This document shows, in pieces, positions 44,967 through 54,731 of a DNA stretch of 64,000 bases (within the stretch, counting starts at the first letter, position 1; every line of letters starts with the position of its first letter). Both the position numbers and the translations under genes were made by a program. Location: IMG/VR virus record IMGVR_UViG_3300026183_000827. One strand, given 5' to 3'. This DNA is from a virus. Under the pieces are notes generated by a model. It was not told the DNA's origin. It saw only the letters and a program-made list of their open reading frames with translations, and ran no database searches.

Positions 44967-45526
44967 TGTACACATACAAAAATTATCCAATAAACGAATA
45001 TTACAAAATAAAACCAGATGTAGAATACATACTGGAAAGAATGTACAAAGATAAATTAAATTCAAATTATACTAAAGAAAATTTTTATAAAGACGATCAT
45101 TTATTTGTAAGTATAATTTATAAGTATAATCAACCTTTCGAAGCTAGTACTGTTATTACACGTAATATGTTTAATAATGGTTGTAGAGTTTTAAATAGAT
45201 TAATGGTTACTCCAACATGGCGAGAAAAAGGAACAGCAGTTGGTATACCAGAAACAACTCTTACTATGCTAAAAAGTCAAATAGAATTTGCTAGAGATAA
45301 ATTTGATTTTGCATTTATAAGCAGAGAATTTAATACTTATAGATTTTGTAAAAGATTTGCAAAGGATGCAACTAATTTTTTGGACGAACCTTGGCATTAC
45401 GAAACTGATAGATTTTTAGTTTGTAATGATACAAGTAAAAATAGTCCGTGTTGGCAAAACATAGCATGGACTAAATTTACAAATCTTGATATTTTTCCTT
45501 TACAACCTCAGTCATCTTACCACTAA
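44966..45526 (+). CDS. Hypothetical protein, GNAT acyltransferase-like
   Basis: RVLNRLMVTPTWREKG resembles GNAT motif A. Confidence 0.45.
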   Translation: MYTYKNYPINEYYKIKPDVEYILERMYKDKLNSNYTKENFYKDDHLFVSIIYKYNQPFEASTVITRNMFNNGCRVLNRLMVTPTWREKGTAVGIPETTLTMLKSQIEFARDKFDFAFISREFNTYRFCKRFAKDATNFLDEPWHYETDRFLVCNDTSKNSPCWQNIAWTKFTNLDIFPLQPQSSYH

Positions 45527-46316
45527 GACACTCTCCATTTGCACTCATAAAAATTAAATCTGTAGGATTATCTGTACATTGTAATTGTACATCTCTATAA
45601 TTATTCCACAAATAATCGTTAGGATACTTTTTCATAAGCATTGCTGCTAATGCCATGTTTCCAACAGGCAAATATGCAACATCATTTAAAAGTCCTTTGT
45701 CAATAATATAATCTTTGGCATACCATAAACCTAGACGATTAAGAGCTAATCCAAAGTTTTTAGAAAAACTAAAAAATATATTAGTCGCGCTTTTAGGTAT
45801 TTTAAATTCAACAGGCTTACTAGCACCATAGTATGCACAATCTAGCCAGCATTCAATTTCTTCTTGATGACACTTTTCTAATAATTGATGTTGTAATTCG
45901 TGTATTTTGCCATCTCTACAAAAAGGCAAACTAGTTACAAATACGCAATCGTCAGTTAAATCATTAATATCTTTAACCCATACAATGTCAATACCATGCT
46001 TGCTTGCAATAAAAGGATACCAACGATATTCGTTTTCAACCATTGCAAGTTTCTTATTTGTATGCGATAAAGCTATTAAACACTGCGTTATAGCTTCTGT
46101 ACTACCGTTTACAGCGTACTTTCCAAAGTTTGGTAGTTTGATGCCAACCCAGGATTCAAACGTGTTGTAGAAGTCATCTATAGCTTCAAAACGTTTACTT
46201 ACGTCCCAATCTTGATCAAAATAAAAATACTTTTGCATAGGAAAATTCATAATATCATTATGAATTTCAGGCGGTCTAAACGGTACTATTACATCTGTGA
46301 TCGATTTGATTCTCAT
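45477..46316 (-). CDS. PLP-dependent aminotransferase-fold enzyme
   Basis: NGSTEAI, LDCAY, SFSKNFGL...RLG. Confidence 0.8.
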   Translation of the reverse strand: MRIKSITDVIVPFRPPEIHNDIMNFPMQKYFYFDQDWDVSKRFEAIDDFYNTFESWVGIKLPNFGKYAVNGSTEAITQCLIALSHTNKKLAMVENEYRWYPFIASKHGIDIVWVKDINDLTDDCVFVTSLPFCRDGKIHELQHQLLEKCHQEEIECWLDCAYYGASKPVEFKIPKSATNIFFSFSKNFGLALNRLGLWYAKDYIIDKGLLNDVAYLPVGNMALAAMLMKKYPNDYLWNNYRDVQLQCTDNPTDLIFMSANGECLSGKMTEVVKEKYQDL

Positions 46317-46876
46317 TATAAATCCTTCCTTAATAAATTATCACATAGATATTCAAAGCTATAACTTTCATCCCAATGAAAGCTCATTACAATCCTAGAC
46401 CCAGGATTTTCATTTATAACTTGATGCCACGCTGTTGCCCTAAAAAGGCCGCCGCAAGTTGTACTAGGATACCAACGTTCGCACACTTCATAATTGCCTT
46501 CTTCGCTATCCCAAAATTTAACATAACTCTTTTCCCATTCTCCATAAACAGGAAAATTGAGTGCTCCTACACGTTCAGCAATATCAACATGTATTGGTCC
46601 TATACCTGCATCGCTTTTTATAAAAGCAGCATATTTAGGTTCTATTGCTAGTTTATCTGTAATAGGTTTAAAATATTCCCATCTTGAATCATCTTTATCG
46701 CAATAATGCATCTGTATACCATAAGGGCCAATATTAAACCAACCTTTGTTAGCAGCAAGTATATTATCAACTTGTGGTTCATTTGAATGAAAGGGGTCAG
46801 GCAGATTATCTAACAAATATTTTTGTCCAAATTCTAAAGTACATTGTAATTCAGGAAATTCTTTAAAATAGATCAT
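46316..46876 (-). CDS. Putative 2OG-Fe(II) oxygenase / cupin
   Basis: PIHVD...ALNFP...WHQVIN...RIVMS; start moved to ATG 46876. Confidence 0.65.
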   Translation of the reverse strand: MIYFKEFPELQCTLEFGQKYLLDNLPDPFHSNEPQVDNILAANKGWFNIGPYGIQMHYCDKDDSRWEYFKPITDKLAIEPKYAAFIKSDAGIGPIHVDIAERVGALNFPVYGEWEKSYVKFWDSEEGNYEVCERWYPSTTCGGLFRATAWHQVINENPGSRIVMSFHWDESYSFEYLCDNLLRKDL

Positions 46877-47582
46877 TTGTTTCTCTCCAATCACTCTCCA
46901 TTATCATTCCTGTAAGAGTAACACGAATATTTTCGCCTGCATCTTTATCTACTGCTGTAATACCGTGTACAACTTTTTTATTGATTAAAATTAATCTATT
47001 AGGTTTAGGAGAAACAAATGTACCTAGACCGTAATCAATTATAGGCTGATATTTTTTTCCTTGTTGAAACATTTCCATAGGACTATTGGTATCTGTATAA
47101 CAATCATGATGAACAGTACCATCTTCTAAAGGTAAAACTTGTTGATAATTTATACTACCTAATGGCAATATTAAAAGTGTGCTATCCCAATTTATTTGCC
47201 AATGCCTATGCAAATAATATGTATAGGTAGTAAATCCTAAATCATTATGCCATGGATTTTTACTACCTACAGGATATGCATGACACCGCATTGCAATTTC
47301 TATATAATCTTTAGCGAAAGGTTGTGCTTCAGGACATGTATCAAGAAATTTTGTAAAGTGTTTAAACCATAAATCACTGTTATCATTAAAAGGACCTTTG
47401 GTTAACCAACGTTTATTGTTCTTGTAATTTGCGCCATCAGTATAGTGCCAAAATTTATCATCAGCACCTGTTTGACTCCACTTGTCTACTTGTACTTGAT
47501 TCCAAATTTTATCCCAAATATCTTGTGGCAAAAAATCATCTATTACAAGTGCTTCAGGTGTATTCATTACAATGTTATACAT
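46863..47582 (-). CDS. 2OG-Fe(II) oxygenase (prolyl hydroxylase-like)
   Basis: WHND, YYLH, PKPNRL, HGIT...RVTL. Confidence 0.8.
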   Translation of the reverse strand: MYNIVMNTPEALVIDDFLPQDIWDKIWNQVQVDKWSQTGADDKFWHYTDGANYKNNKRWLTKGPFNDNSDLWFKHFTKFLDTCPEAQPFAKDYIEIAMRCHAYPVGSKNPWHNDLGFTTYTYYLHRHWQINWDSTLLILPLGSINYQQVLPLEDGTVHHDCYTDTNSPMEMFQQGKKYQPIIDYGLGTFVSPKPNRLILINKKVVHGITAVDKDAGENIRVTLTGMIMESDWRETNDLF

Positions 47583-48609
47583 AGGACTCTCTATCGCCTT
47601 CTCTAGTAAGGTCTAGTGTTACACAATGTAAACCGCTATCCCAAAAGTACTTATGTCTAAAATCAAAAGGAATCATATCAACACCGTGTTTTTTGAGCTT
47701 GTGCTCTACATCAGGATCGTAGCCGTTAGTTATTACAGTATTAGCATCTATACTTACTACATTAATATCAAATACAGTTTCATCTACATAGCCTATCCAA
47801 TGATCTAACCAACTTGTAACTTTGTCTTTGTAAAAGTGTTGAATTTTAATATCATTAAAATAATCAGGTAAAGGCTTACGTTCTAGTTTAATATAGTCCC
47901 AACTTTTTAATTCTTCTGGTATTGCGCCCGGATCCCAACAAAATAATAGTCCAGGCTTAATAAGTGCAATTTTTCCGTCTGCATGTCCTGTTCTTGGTAT
48001 TTCTGTCCACTTAACATTGTAACCAATATTGCGTTTAATCCAGTCTAATCCTGCTTGTGTTCCCCTGCCATGTTGCCCTGGAGCATATGGTTGTGTATGT
48101 AACAGTGTATCTCCGCATTTAATAATATTTGCAGCATGCCAGAGTATTTGTCCTTCTAGTTGTTCATACTCTTTGTAGTCGCTTGTTAGTAATGGCTTAG
48201 GCATACTAATATAGTTACGACCTTGTTTAAACTTTTCTAACATAATATCTAGAAAGTAATCACTTTCAGTATACCTATTACAATCTCCGCCAATAGTTCC
48301 AAGAATAGTATTTCCGTATACTACATGAAAATCTCTAGGACATATAGCAGGATAAGGAAACTTAGAATTCCATGTTCTTGTATTTTCTTTTAGTAAAGGA
48401 AGTTTCCTAGGCCTATGTACTTGTACACCGTGTTGTTCAAATATTCCTGCAAGTTTAGAAAAGTCTTGTTCAGTCTCTTCTAATATTTTGCCCATGCCAT
48501 CTACAAATTCGTTATCGTTAAATTGATTTAACGAATCTAGATCGTATGTAGATCCTACTATAACTTCTTTTAATTTATCCCATTCTGTCCAAATCATACC
48601 TGGTTCCAC
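47575..48609 (-). CDS. Amidinotransferase (Arg:Gly / inosamine-phosphate family)
   Basis: EWDKLKEVIVG, CPRD, HADG, SGLHCVTLDL catalytic Cys. Confidence 0.88.
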   Translation of the reverse strand: MEPGMIWTEWDKLKEVIVGSTYDLDSLNQFNDNEFVDGMGKILEETEQDFSKLAGIFEQHGVQVHRPRKLPLLKENTRTWNSKFPYPAICPRDFHVVYGNTILGTIGGDCNRYTESDYFLDIMLEKFKQGRNYISMPKPLLTSDYKEYEQLEGQILWHAANIIKCGDTLLHTQPYAPGQHGRGTQAGLDWIKRNIGYNVKWTEIPRTGHADGKIALIKPGLLFCWDPGAIPEELKSWDYIKLERKPLPDYFNDIKIQHFYKDKVTSWLDHWIGYVDETVFDINVVSIDANTVITNGYDPDVEHKLKKHGVDMIPFDFRHKYFWDSGLHCVTLDLTREGDRESYV

Positions 48610-49223
48610 TGCGATGCAACATATTCTCCGCGAGAGGCTACATTCATTCCTATGCTTATTCTAATATCGTCTGATACATTACGCTCTGTTTTGTGTCGTA
48701 TATAGCCAGGAAACATTATCAAGTCTCCTTGCTGTATTTTCATTCTTTGTTCAAATTCATCAAAAGGAAAATTAATAGGTTGTGAACCTAATAATGCTTC
48801 TAAAGGATGCTGTATAATTAAGTCTCCCGAACCTTCTGTTTTATCAAGATAGTATACTGCTGTAATAGGTGTAGGGCCATGAAAATGACTAGGAACATAA
48901 CCATCTTTTCTACTAATAGTAGCCCACATTTCTTGTATATAAGGTTTAATGTTAGGATGATAATTTAGATCTTTCCAATACTCTGCAATACAAGGACTAA
49001 TAGCGTTAACTAGCTGATCAGTTTCTTTCCAATTTTGCATGTGGCGTTCTATACCATATGTGTTTATAGTACTAGCATCGTTCATACCTACAACACTTAT
49101 ATGATCGCCGTAACTATCAATATTTAATAGTTCAAGTACCCGTGATCTAAAACTTGACACATCTATACCTTGTAAATTCTTTTTATAAACAGGTATACTA
49201 AAAAGTTGCTGTACATTACTCAT
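48594..49223 (-). CDS. Putative 2OG-Fe(II) oxygenase (TIGR02466-like)
   Basis: LFSIPVY, HFH...AVYYL, GDLIMFPGYIRH, RISIGMN. Confidence 0.8.
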   Translation of the reverse strand: MSNVQQLFSIPVYKKNLQGIDVSSFRSRVLELLNIDSYGDHISVVGMNDASTINTYGIERHMQNWKETDQLVNAISPCIAEYWKDLNYHPNIKPYIQEMWATISRKDGYVPSHFHGPTPITAVYYLDKTEGSGDLIIQHPLEALLGSQPINFPFDEFEQRMKIQQGDLIMFPGYIRHKTERNVSDDIRISIGMNVASRGEYVASQWNQV

Positions 49224-49656
49224 TGTTCATAATCTCTTTATAATAATCTTCAGGCCAATCATCATAATACGTTGTATCTAAAAGTACTTGTCTTTTTATT
49301 TCGATATCGTCTTTTTTTTGTATTAGAACACAGTTTGTAAAATTTTTAACAAAATGACCACTTTGTGGTGTACTTAAAAAGTATAGTAAGTGTGGATTTA
49401 ATTTTCTTAAATCCGCTAATTCATCTTCTATTCCAGAAGTAAACTCTCCTAACCATGCAATACCTATATCATAGTTTTCTTCATCAAATTCTAAAAACTC
49501 TCCGTATATACCTCTAGGAGCATTTATAAACTGTATACGGTCTTGCAATCGTGCTTTACGTGCAAATGGACATATAGGATATCCATTTCCTCTAGTGGGT
49601 TCTATTTTGTCTTGTACCCATTCTAGAAATTGGGTTTTAAAGGTCTCAAAAGTCAT
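49216..49656 (-). CDS. Hypothetical protein (DUF1415-like CPFA motif)
   Basis: ICPFARKARL. Confidence 0.6.
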   Translation of the reverse strand: MTFETFKTQFLEWVQDKIEPTRGNGYPICPFARKARLQDRIQFINAPRGIYGEFLEFDEENYDIGIAWLGEFTSGIEDELADLRKLNPHLLYFLSTPQSGHFVKNFTNCVLIQKKDDIEIKRQVLLDTTYYDDWPEDYYKEIMNNE

Positions 49657-49667
49657 AATTATAGAAA

Positions 49668-49675
49668 TATTTATA
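49668..49675 (-). promoter_or_regulatory. T4 late promoter consensus TATAAATA
   Basis: Exact TATAAATA on the minus strand, 11 nt before ATG 49656. Confidence 0.6.
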
Positions 49676-49688
49676 GATAAGGTATTTT

Positions 49689-50258
49689 TTAATCGAGCAA
49701 TGTGGCTACAAGGTGTACACGATCTTCTAAACTTGCGTTTAGTGCTGTGTGCTTTACTAATGTATTAGTTAACCACCAAGTGTGCTGAGGCAAATGTTTT
49801 ACTTCGTCTTCTATTAACATAAAACAGCCTTCTTGTGTAACTATGGGATAGTGTATGCGTTTAGTGTCATCTACGTGCCAACTTAAACATGTTTTAGGAG
49901 GGCTTTTCATTAGCCGTACTCTGCCTACATTATAATTTTCTTTTAATACATTGTAAAGATCTTCAAACACAGTATTTTTAAACACAGTACACAAAACTGT
50001 AAAATCTGCTTCTTTTAACGGTGTTTCTCTTTCTGCTGGTATATGGCGCATATGACCTTTTTCGTCGTATACTTCTTTTCCATTTTTCCAATCATAAAAT
50101 AAACTTCCTGCACCATACAAAAAATTATCTTCTTCTCCTACTACAGTATTAATACAAATCTGATTTAAATCTGTCCATTGAACAATTTTACGTGTCAACA
50201 TATTGTTTAAAACACTTTTTACATCGTAATAAGGAAGGTCCAATTGTACAAAATTCAT
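49689..50258 (-). CDS. 2OG-Fe(II) oxygenase, Asp/Asn beta-hydroxylase-like
   Basis: RVRLM...SWHVD...RIHYPI...HTALN...RVHLV. Confidence 0.8.
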   Translation of the reverse strand: MNFVQLDLPYYDVKSVLNNMLTRKIVQWTDLNQICINTVVGEEDNFLYGAGSLFYDWKNGKEVYDEKGHMRHIPAERETPLKEADFTVLCTVFKNTVFEDLYNVLKENYNVGRVRLMKSPPKTCLSWHVDDTKRIHYPIVTQEGCFMLIEDEVKHLPQHTWWLTNTLVKHTALNASLEDRVHLVATLLD

Positions 50259-50992
50259 TTTAATTTTCCAAATGCATATATACGTTCAGCACAAAAAAAA
50301 CAATACCCACAATGTTCCCATGCATGTTCAGACAAAGTTTTAGTTTTATGTTCTTGCCATCTAGTTTCGCAACTGTACGATAGCGGGTATAGGTCGTCTA
50401 ATCTGTTATAATATTTATATGCATCATATATAAGTTTTTTATCACCATGCACAAAAGGCCTTATATTAATAAAATGTTTTGCGTCTATTACGTTTTGTCC
50501 ATACTTGTTTTTTCCTATATCTCTATCAAAATCTCTTTTTACAATGTGACTTTTTGCAATTTCATATGTTTCTGCATTATCTGCATAATATTCTTTAACA
50601 GCATTTAGTATATTTCCTTCAGGAGGATTGCTAGTTAACCCGTTATATATTGCATCAAAATTATAAATCTTTTGACTTTCTCTTATTAATTCACGCTGCT
50701 CTGTAATATAATATTCAACTGTTTGTCTATTTCGATGTTTCGTTGAATATTTTACTATATGCTTTGCTAGTTCTTTACCTGTTAGCTCTGTTACTTTTTT
50801 TATGATACGTTTGGCGCCTTTGCTATACCAAGGTTTAAATTTTGTATCTAGAGTCATTGGATATATTTCTACATCATCTCTATCTTTATAGTAATTACAT
50901 ATTGCATAATACATTATTGTACTATCTGCGCCGCCAGATAATTTTACACCTATCCGCTTCCAGTTGTCGTTAAAATAAAATAACTCATTCAT
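50255..50992 (-). CDS. QueC-like PP-loop ATPase
   Basis: LSGGADS; SC...HCGYCFFCAER Zn motif. Confidence 0.75.
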   Translation of the reverse strand: MNELFYFNDNWKRIGVKLSGGADSTIMYYAICNYYKDRDDVEIYPMTLDTKFKPWYSKGAKRIIKKVTELTGKELAKHIVKYSTKHRNRQTVEYYITEQRELIRESQKIYNFDAIYNGLTSNPPEGNILNAVKEYYADNAETYEIAKSHIVKRDFDRDIGKNKYGQNVIDAKHFINIRPFVHGDKKLIYDAYKYYNRLDDLYPLSYSCETRWQEHKTKTLSEHAWEHCGYCFFCAERIYAFGKLK

Positions 50993-51882
50993 ATTAGTTC
51001 TACCCTATCTATTGTATTATATTCGCATAATTTTATTACTATTTCTTCTGATGTTTTGTTTGTTTCCATCATTGCTACAGGTATATTTCCTATTGCATTT
51101 TTAGGATCTCCTTTTGTAAAACCTAGTGCAGTTAAATAATTATTGTTTCGATCCCACCATTCATCCATACCTTGTAAAAACTTTTCTACACTCTTAACAG
51201 GTCTATTGTGAAAATAAGCTGTAAAGTCTGGACTGTACCATTTTAACGGACGTATATTATCTTCTCCTACAATATCATCTTCGTCTTTGTACACATCGTA
51301 TAACGGTTTTCCTACTTCACAATAATTAATATAAACTTCTCCAAATTTACGATGCAACGTAAAATGTTTAAAATCATCGTCATCTAAAAGTTTCTTTTTT
51401 CGTTTATTAAATGTTACAACTATTCTAGGAAAATATCCTGTAGATATTCTATGTCCGCCGTAAAAGTTCTCTGCTCTATGTATAATAACATTATACCGCT
51501 CTAGTGCTAATTTCTGTTTATCGTTAGCATTTACATAGTACTCTGCAGGGTTACCAGATTCTCCTCTAAGTTTTTCAAAATAATGATGTAAATGATTTAG
51601 CTGTTCTTGAGGCATACCTACAAATGCATCATGTTTAATAACTGTTTTTTCTGTATTAATAATGTCAATACACTTGTTTAATTCACTTACTATTTTTTCT
51701 TCGTTCCATATATCATTTGGAAAATTATAAAGTCTATCAGATTCTTTAGCTGTTTTATCTTTTTCTAATACTTGTTCGCATAGTGCATTATACCATTTAA
51801 CCGCAATGGGTGTATCATATACTTTATAATTTAATGCATACTCATCTAGATCACTATTTAAAAATACTATTTGAAATCTCAT
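50989..51882 (-). CDS. Hypothetical protein (paralog of 53623..54447)
   Basis: LHHYFE, NVIIHRAE, VYINYCEVGK, YSPDF, IGNIPVA. Confidence 0.75.
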   Translation of the reverse strand: MRFQIVFLNSDLDEYALNYKVYDTPIAVKWYNALCEQVLEKDKTAKESDRLYNFPNDIWNEEKIVSELNKCIDIINTEKTVIKHDAFVGMPQEQLNHLHHYFEKLRGESGNPAEYYVNANDKQKLALERYNVIIHRAENFYGGHRISTGYFPRIVVTFNKRKKKLLDDDDFKHFTLHRKFGEVYINYCEVGKPLYDVYKDEDDIVGEDNIRPLKWYSPDFTAYFHNRPVKSVEKFLQGMDEWWDRNNNYLTALGFTKGDPKNAIGNIPVAMMETNKTSEEIVIKLCEYNTIDRVELI

Positions 51883-52979
51883 CGTGTATAGTCTTCTCTA
51901 AGTTCTTTACTTGCGCAAGTACGTTTGCATATGTCAATACATTTAGACGACCAGGAGTTTTCTATAGTAGTCAAAAGTCCTGCATTAACTACATCTGTTG
52001 CAGTGTGTTTAGATAGCAAATTAAAATCTTTTTCTTTATTAAGTGTCTTAAAAAATAAATCTACAAAAGAAGAATAATTATTATTTAAAGTCTTTTCATT
52101 GTAATCAATTTCCATCCAGCAGCACGGCCATAATCTACTATCGCCACTTATATAAATGCTTTCTAATCCTTGTGTAACTTTGCAATCTACAATTTCAGGA
52201 CCATTAATATAAGATTTTGATCTATCATCTTGTAAAACATCAAATTCTTGATTTACAAATTTATATATTTTTTCATACCACTGCTTAGATCTATCTTCTT
52301 TATCTAAATTTTTATTATTTTTTACAAATTCTGTAGGATATAGTATAGCAACTTCGTCAAAGTTTTTATCAACTAGTGCATCATATTCTTTGTAAAACCT
52401 AACACTGTCGTTTGAATAAAATTCTGCAAAGCCTAAGTCTTTACTCATTTGTTTACAAGCATCTACCTGATGTTCGTTATTACCAAACACATTCATTATC
52501 CAACGTGCATAGCCGCCTGCTTTTATGTACGCTTTTGCATTTTTTATTACAATGTCAAAGCGTGTGTTTCTTCTGTACAAATGATGAGTATCTTCTAGTC
52601 CATCTAGTGCAAACTCTACGATAACATTTGGTTGTTTGCCTAACCAACTCCAAAAACCAGTTGGCAAGGCGCCGCCATTTGTATTAATTTGTATATGCAA
52701 ATGTTTGTCTAAAAAAGTTTGTATAAATTCTTTAGGAGATCTATGCATTACAATATCTCCATAATTACCATTTATTAAAACTTTTTTTATATTATTAAAA
52801 AAATCGTCAGACAACATTTTTTTAAGATTGTCGGGTGTAATCTCTGTTTCTGGTATGTTAGGATAAGTTTGTAAAGATGCTCCTATAGTACGAGGGCATT
52901 GCGGGCATGCTGCATTACAGCGTTTAGTAGGCTCAATATGTAAATATTCAGGTAAATCTTTGTATATTCCAATTATCAT
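51879..52979 (-). CDS. Radical SAM protein with C-terminal Cys-rich (SPASM/twitch) domain
   Basis: CNAACPQC, NTNG, C...WPCC...CKRTC; start moved to ATG 52979. Confidence 0.88.
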   Translation of the reverse strand: MIIGIYKDLPEYLHIEPTKRCNAACPQCPRTIGASLQTYPNIPETEITPDNLKKMLSDDFFNNIKKVLINGNYGDIVMHRSPKEFIQTFLDKHLHIQINTNGGALPTGFWSWLGKQPNVIVEFALDGLEDTHHLYRRNTRFDIVIKNAKAYIKAGGYARWIMNVFGNNEHQVDACKQMSKDLGFAEFYSNDSVRFYKEYDALVDKNFDEVAILYPTEFVKNNKNLDKEDRSKQWYEKIYKFVNQEFDVLQDDRSKSYINGPEIVDCKVTQGLESIYISGDSRLWPCCWMEIDYNEKTLNNNYSSFVDLFFKTLNKEKDFNLLSKHTATDVVNAGLLTTIENSWSSKCIDICKRTCASKELREDYTR

Positions 52980-53623
52980 AATCTTCCAAAAGCCCATTTT
53001 CTTTCGTGACACCACCAACAGTTTCCGCAGTGTTCCATTCCAGGATCTTCGCCTACTACATGTTCATTCCATTCACAGCTTCGTGTAACTGGAAATAGTG
53101 TTTCCAACAAATCATATTCTTTATATATTTCTGCTATTTTCTTTTTATCATAGTTTGTCCACGGAATATAGCTAAATCCATATCTAAATACTTCCTTTTC
53201 GATATCTGGATTTCTAGTATCTTCATAAAAGTCACCATAAAAAGTTTTACGTTCTTCTATTGGAGGGACATTTGTAATACCAGCATACAACACATTAAAC
53301 TCTTTTTTATCTAGATATTCAAACGGCAAACGTTCAACATATGTATCTATATAATCAGGAGAATAGTCTATATGATGTTCAAAATTATAATTACCTGTTA
53401 ATTGCGCACATCTATAAACTACATTTACTGCTGCTTTTGCGCCTGTGATTTGTTTTGTACCGTCTGCAAGTGTGAAAATGTGTACACGGTCTTTTGAGTG
53501 CTTTAGTAAGAAGTATAATAGTATGGCACTATCGGCGCCGCCACTAACACTAATAGCATTAGGTCCTTTGTATATGTTAAATTCTACACCACATAAATTA
53601 TGTGTTTCAACTATGTTTGCCAT
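52976..53623 (-). CDS. QueC-like PP-loop ATPase, second paralog
   Basis: VSGGADS; SC...HCGNCWWCHER. Confidence 0.75.
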   Translation of the reverse strand: MANIVETHNLCGVEFNIYKGPNAISVSGGADSAILLYFLLKHSKDRVHIFTLADGTKQITGAKAAVNVVYRCAQLTGNYNFEHHIDYSPDYIDTYVERLPFEYLDKKEFNVLYAGITNVPPIEERKTFYGDFYEDTRNPDIEKEVFRYGFSYIPWTNYDKKKIAEIYKEYDLLETLFPVTRSCEWNEHVVGEDPGMEHCGNCWWCHERKWAFGRL

Positions 53624-54447
53624 TATAATTCCTCTATTTCAACTTTAGTTAATTCTCGTTGTAGAATTACTTTTAGAAAATCCTCTGGGTAAACTTTGTG
53701 TAATCGACCTAATGGAATATGTCCTAGTGAATTTACAGGATCTGTAACGTCTATATTGCTGTTTTGCATCCATTGTATACAATTAGTTATTTCTCTATGT
53801 TGTTTTTCAACATAATCTGACTGTAGCACAAAAAAGAAACTTGGACTATATTCAGATAGAGGTACTGCTGTACTAACAGGCCTTCCACTTTTAAATGTTT
53901 TTAGAAAATCTTCGCCGAGTGCATTATAATTTAAGTAAACTATATAAGGTTCAATATACGGATCATACAGTTTGTAATCTTCTTTTTTAAACGGAACTTT
54001 TGGAAAATTAGGAACTCTAGTTTTTGAATCTACGACTCTAAAACGCACTCGTGGTGCTGCTGTTTGATTTTTAATTGCTGCTTCTTCTGCATGATGTATA
54101 CAGTCATTAAACTTGTCTAATAGTCCTATTATAGATTTATACAGAGGATTTACAGCCAGTTGTTCGTAAATGTAATGCAAGTCACTTAATTCTTGTATTG
54201 TAAACTCAAACTTTTCTGTATACAAATAAGGAATAGATAGAGGAAATGCTTTGTTAATTTCTTGTATTATGAGTCTTAGTTGTTTAAAACTATCTTTGCC
54301 TACAAATCCGTTTAGTGTAATTTGGTAACTATAATTTTTATTATCTATATATTGTTGAAGGTCAGTTAACCAACGATTAATAAAATCGTTGTCATTTAGT
54401 CTTATACTAATAGTATGTCTTTCAAATGTTAATTTTAAAAGTTTCAT
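53623..54447 (-). CDS. Hypothetical protein (paralog of 50989..51882)
   Basis: LHYIYE, NDCIHHAE, VYLNYNALGE, YSPSF, LGHIPLG. Confidence 0.75.
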   Translation of the reverse strand: MKLLKLTFERHTISIRLNDNDFINRWLTDLQQYIDNKNYSYQITLNGFVGKDSFKQLRLIIQEINKAFPLSIPYLYTEKFEFTIQELSDLHYIYEQLAVNPLYKSIIGLLDKFNDCIHHAEEAAIKNQTAAPRVRFRVVDSKTRVPNFPKVPFKKEDYKLYDPYIEPYIVYLNYNALGEDFLKTFKSGRPVSTAVPLSEYSPSFFFVLQSDYVEKQHREITNCIQWMQNSNIDVTDPVNSLGHIPLGRLHKVYPEDFLKVILQRELTKVEIEEL

Positions 54448-54731
54448 TTCTTTTTTCGTGTACTTTTTAAATCAGCTACGCAAGTACATTTAGATACTGT
54501 ACAAGTAATAAACTCTTTTGGCAAGTTCCATACTTCGTCATCAACGTGTCCGATTGGACCTCCAACTTTGCAAGTACCTCTATACAATGTTCCGTCTGCT
54601 GTAATTTCTAAACTTTCTAGTCCTATGCCGCAATCCCAACCTTCAAAATTAACAGCATCTGCTTTAACTAAGTCATTAGCCCATACCTCTGCACTTTCTG
54701 TTTGTGTATAAACTTTTAAATCAGGCCTCAT
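54444..54731 (-). CDS. Stand-alone SPASM/twitch-like Fe-S domain
   Basis: FEGWDCGIG...GTCKVG...CTVSKCTCVAD. Confidence 0.7.
   Translation of the reverse strand: MRPDLKVYTQTESAEVWANDLVKADAVNFEGWDCGIGLESLEITADGTLYRGTCKVGGPIGHVDDEVWNLPKEFITCTVSKCTCVADLKSTRKKK

Noticed and set aside
47575-48609. Amidinotransferase as an archaeosine (G+) synthase for the dpdA pathway
   Set aside because: Known archaeosine synthases are ArcS, Gat-QueC or QueF-like proteins; this is the unrelated Arg-dependent pentein family in a different operon
50255-53623. Assigning gene symbol queC to the two PP-loop ATPases
   Set aside because: Only the PP-loop and Zn motifs match; QueC substrate motifs are missing and the genes lie about 17 kb or more from folE/queE
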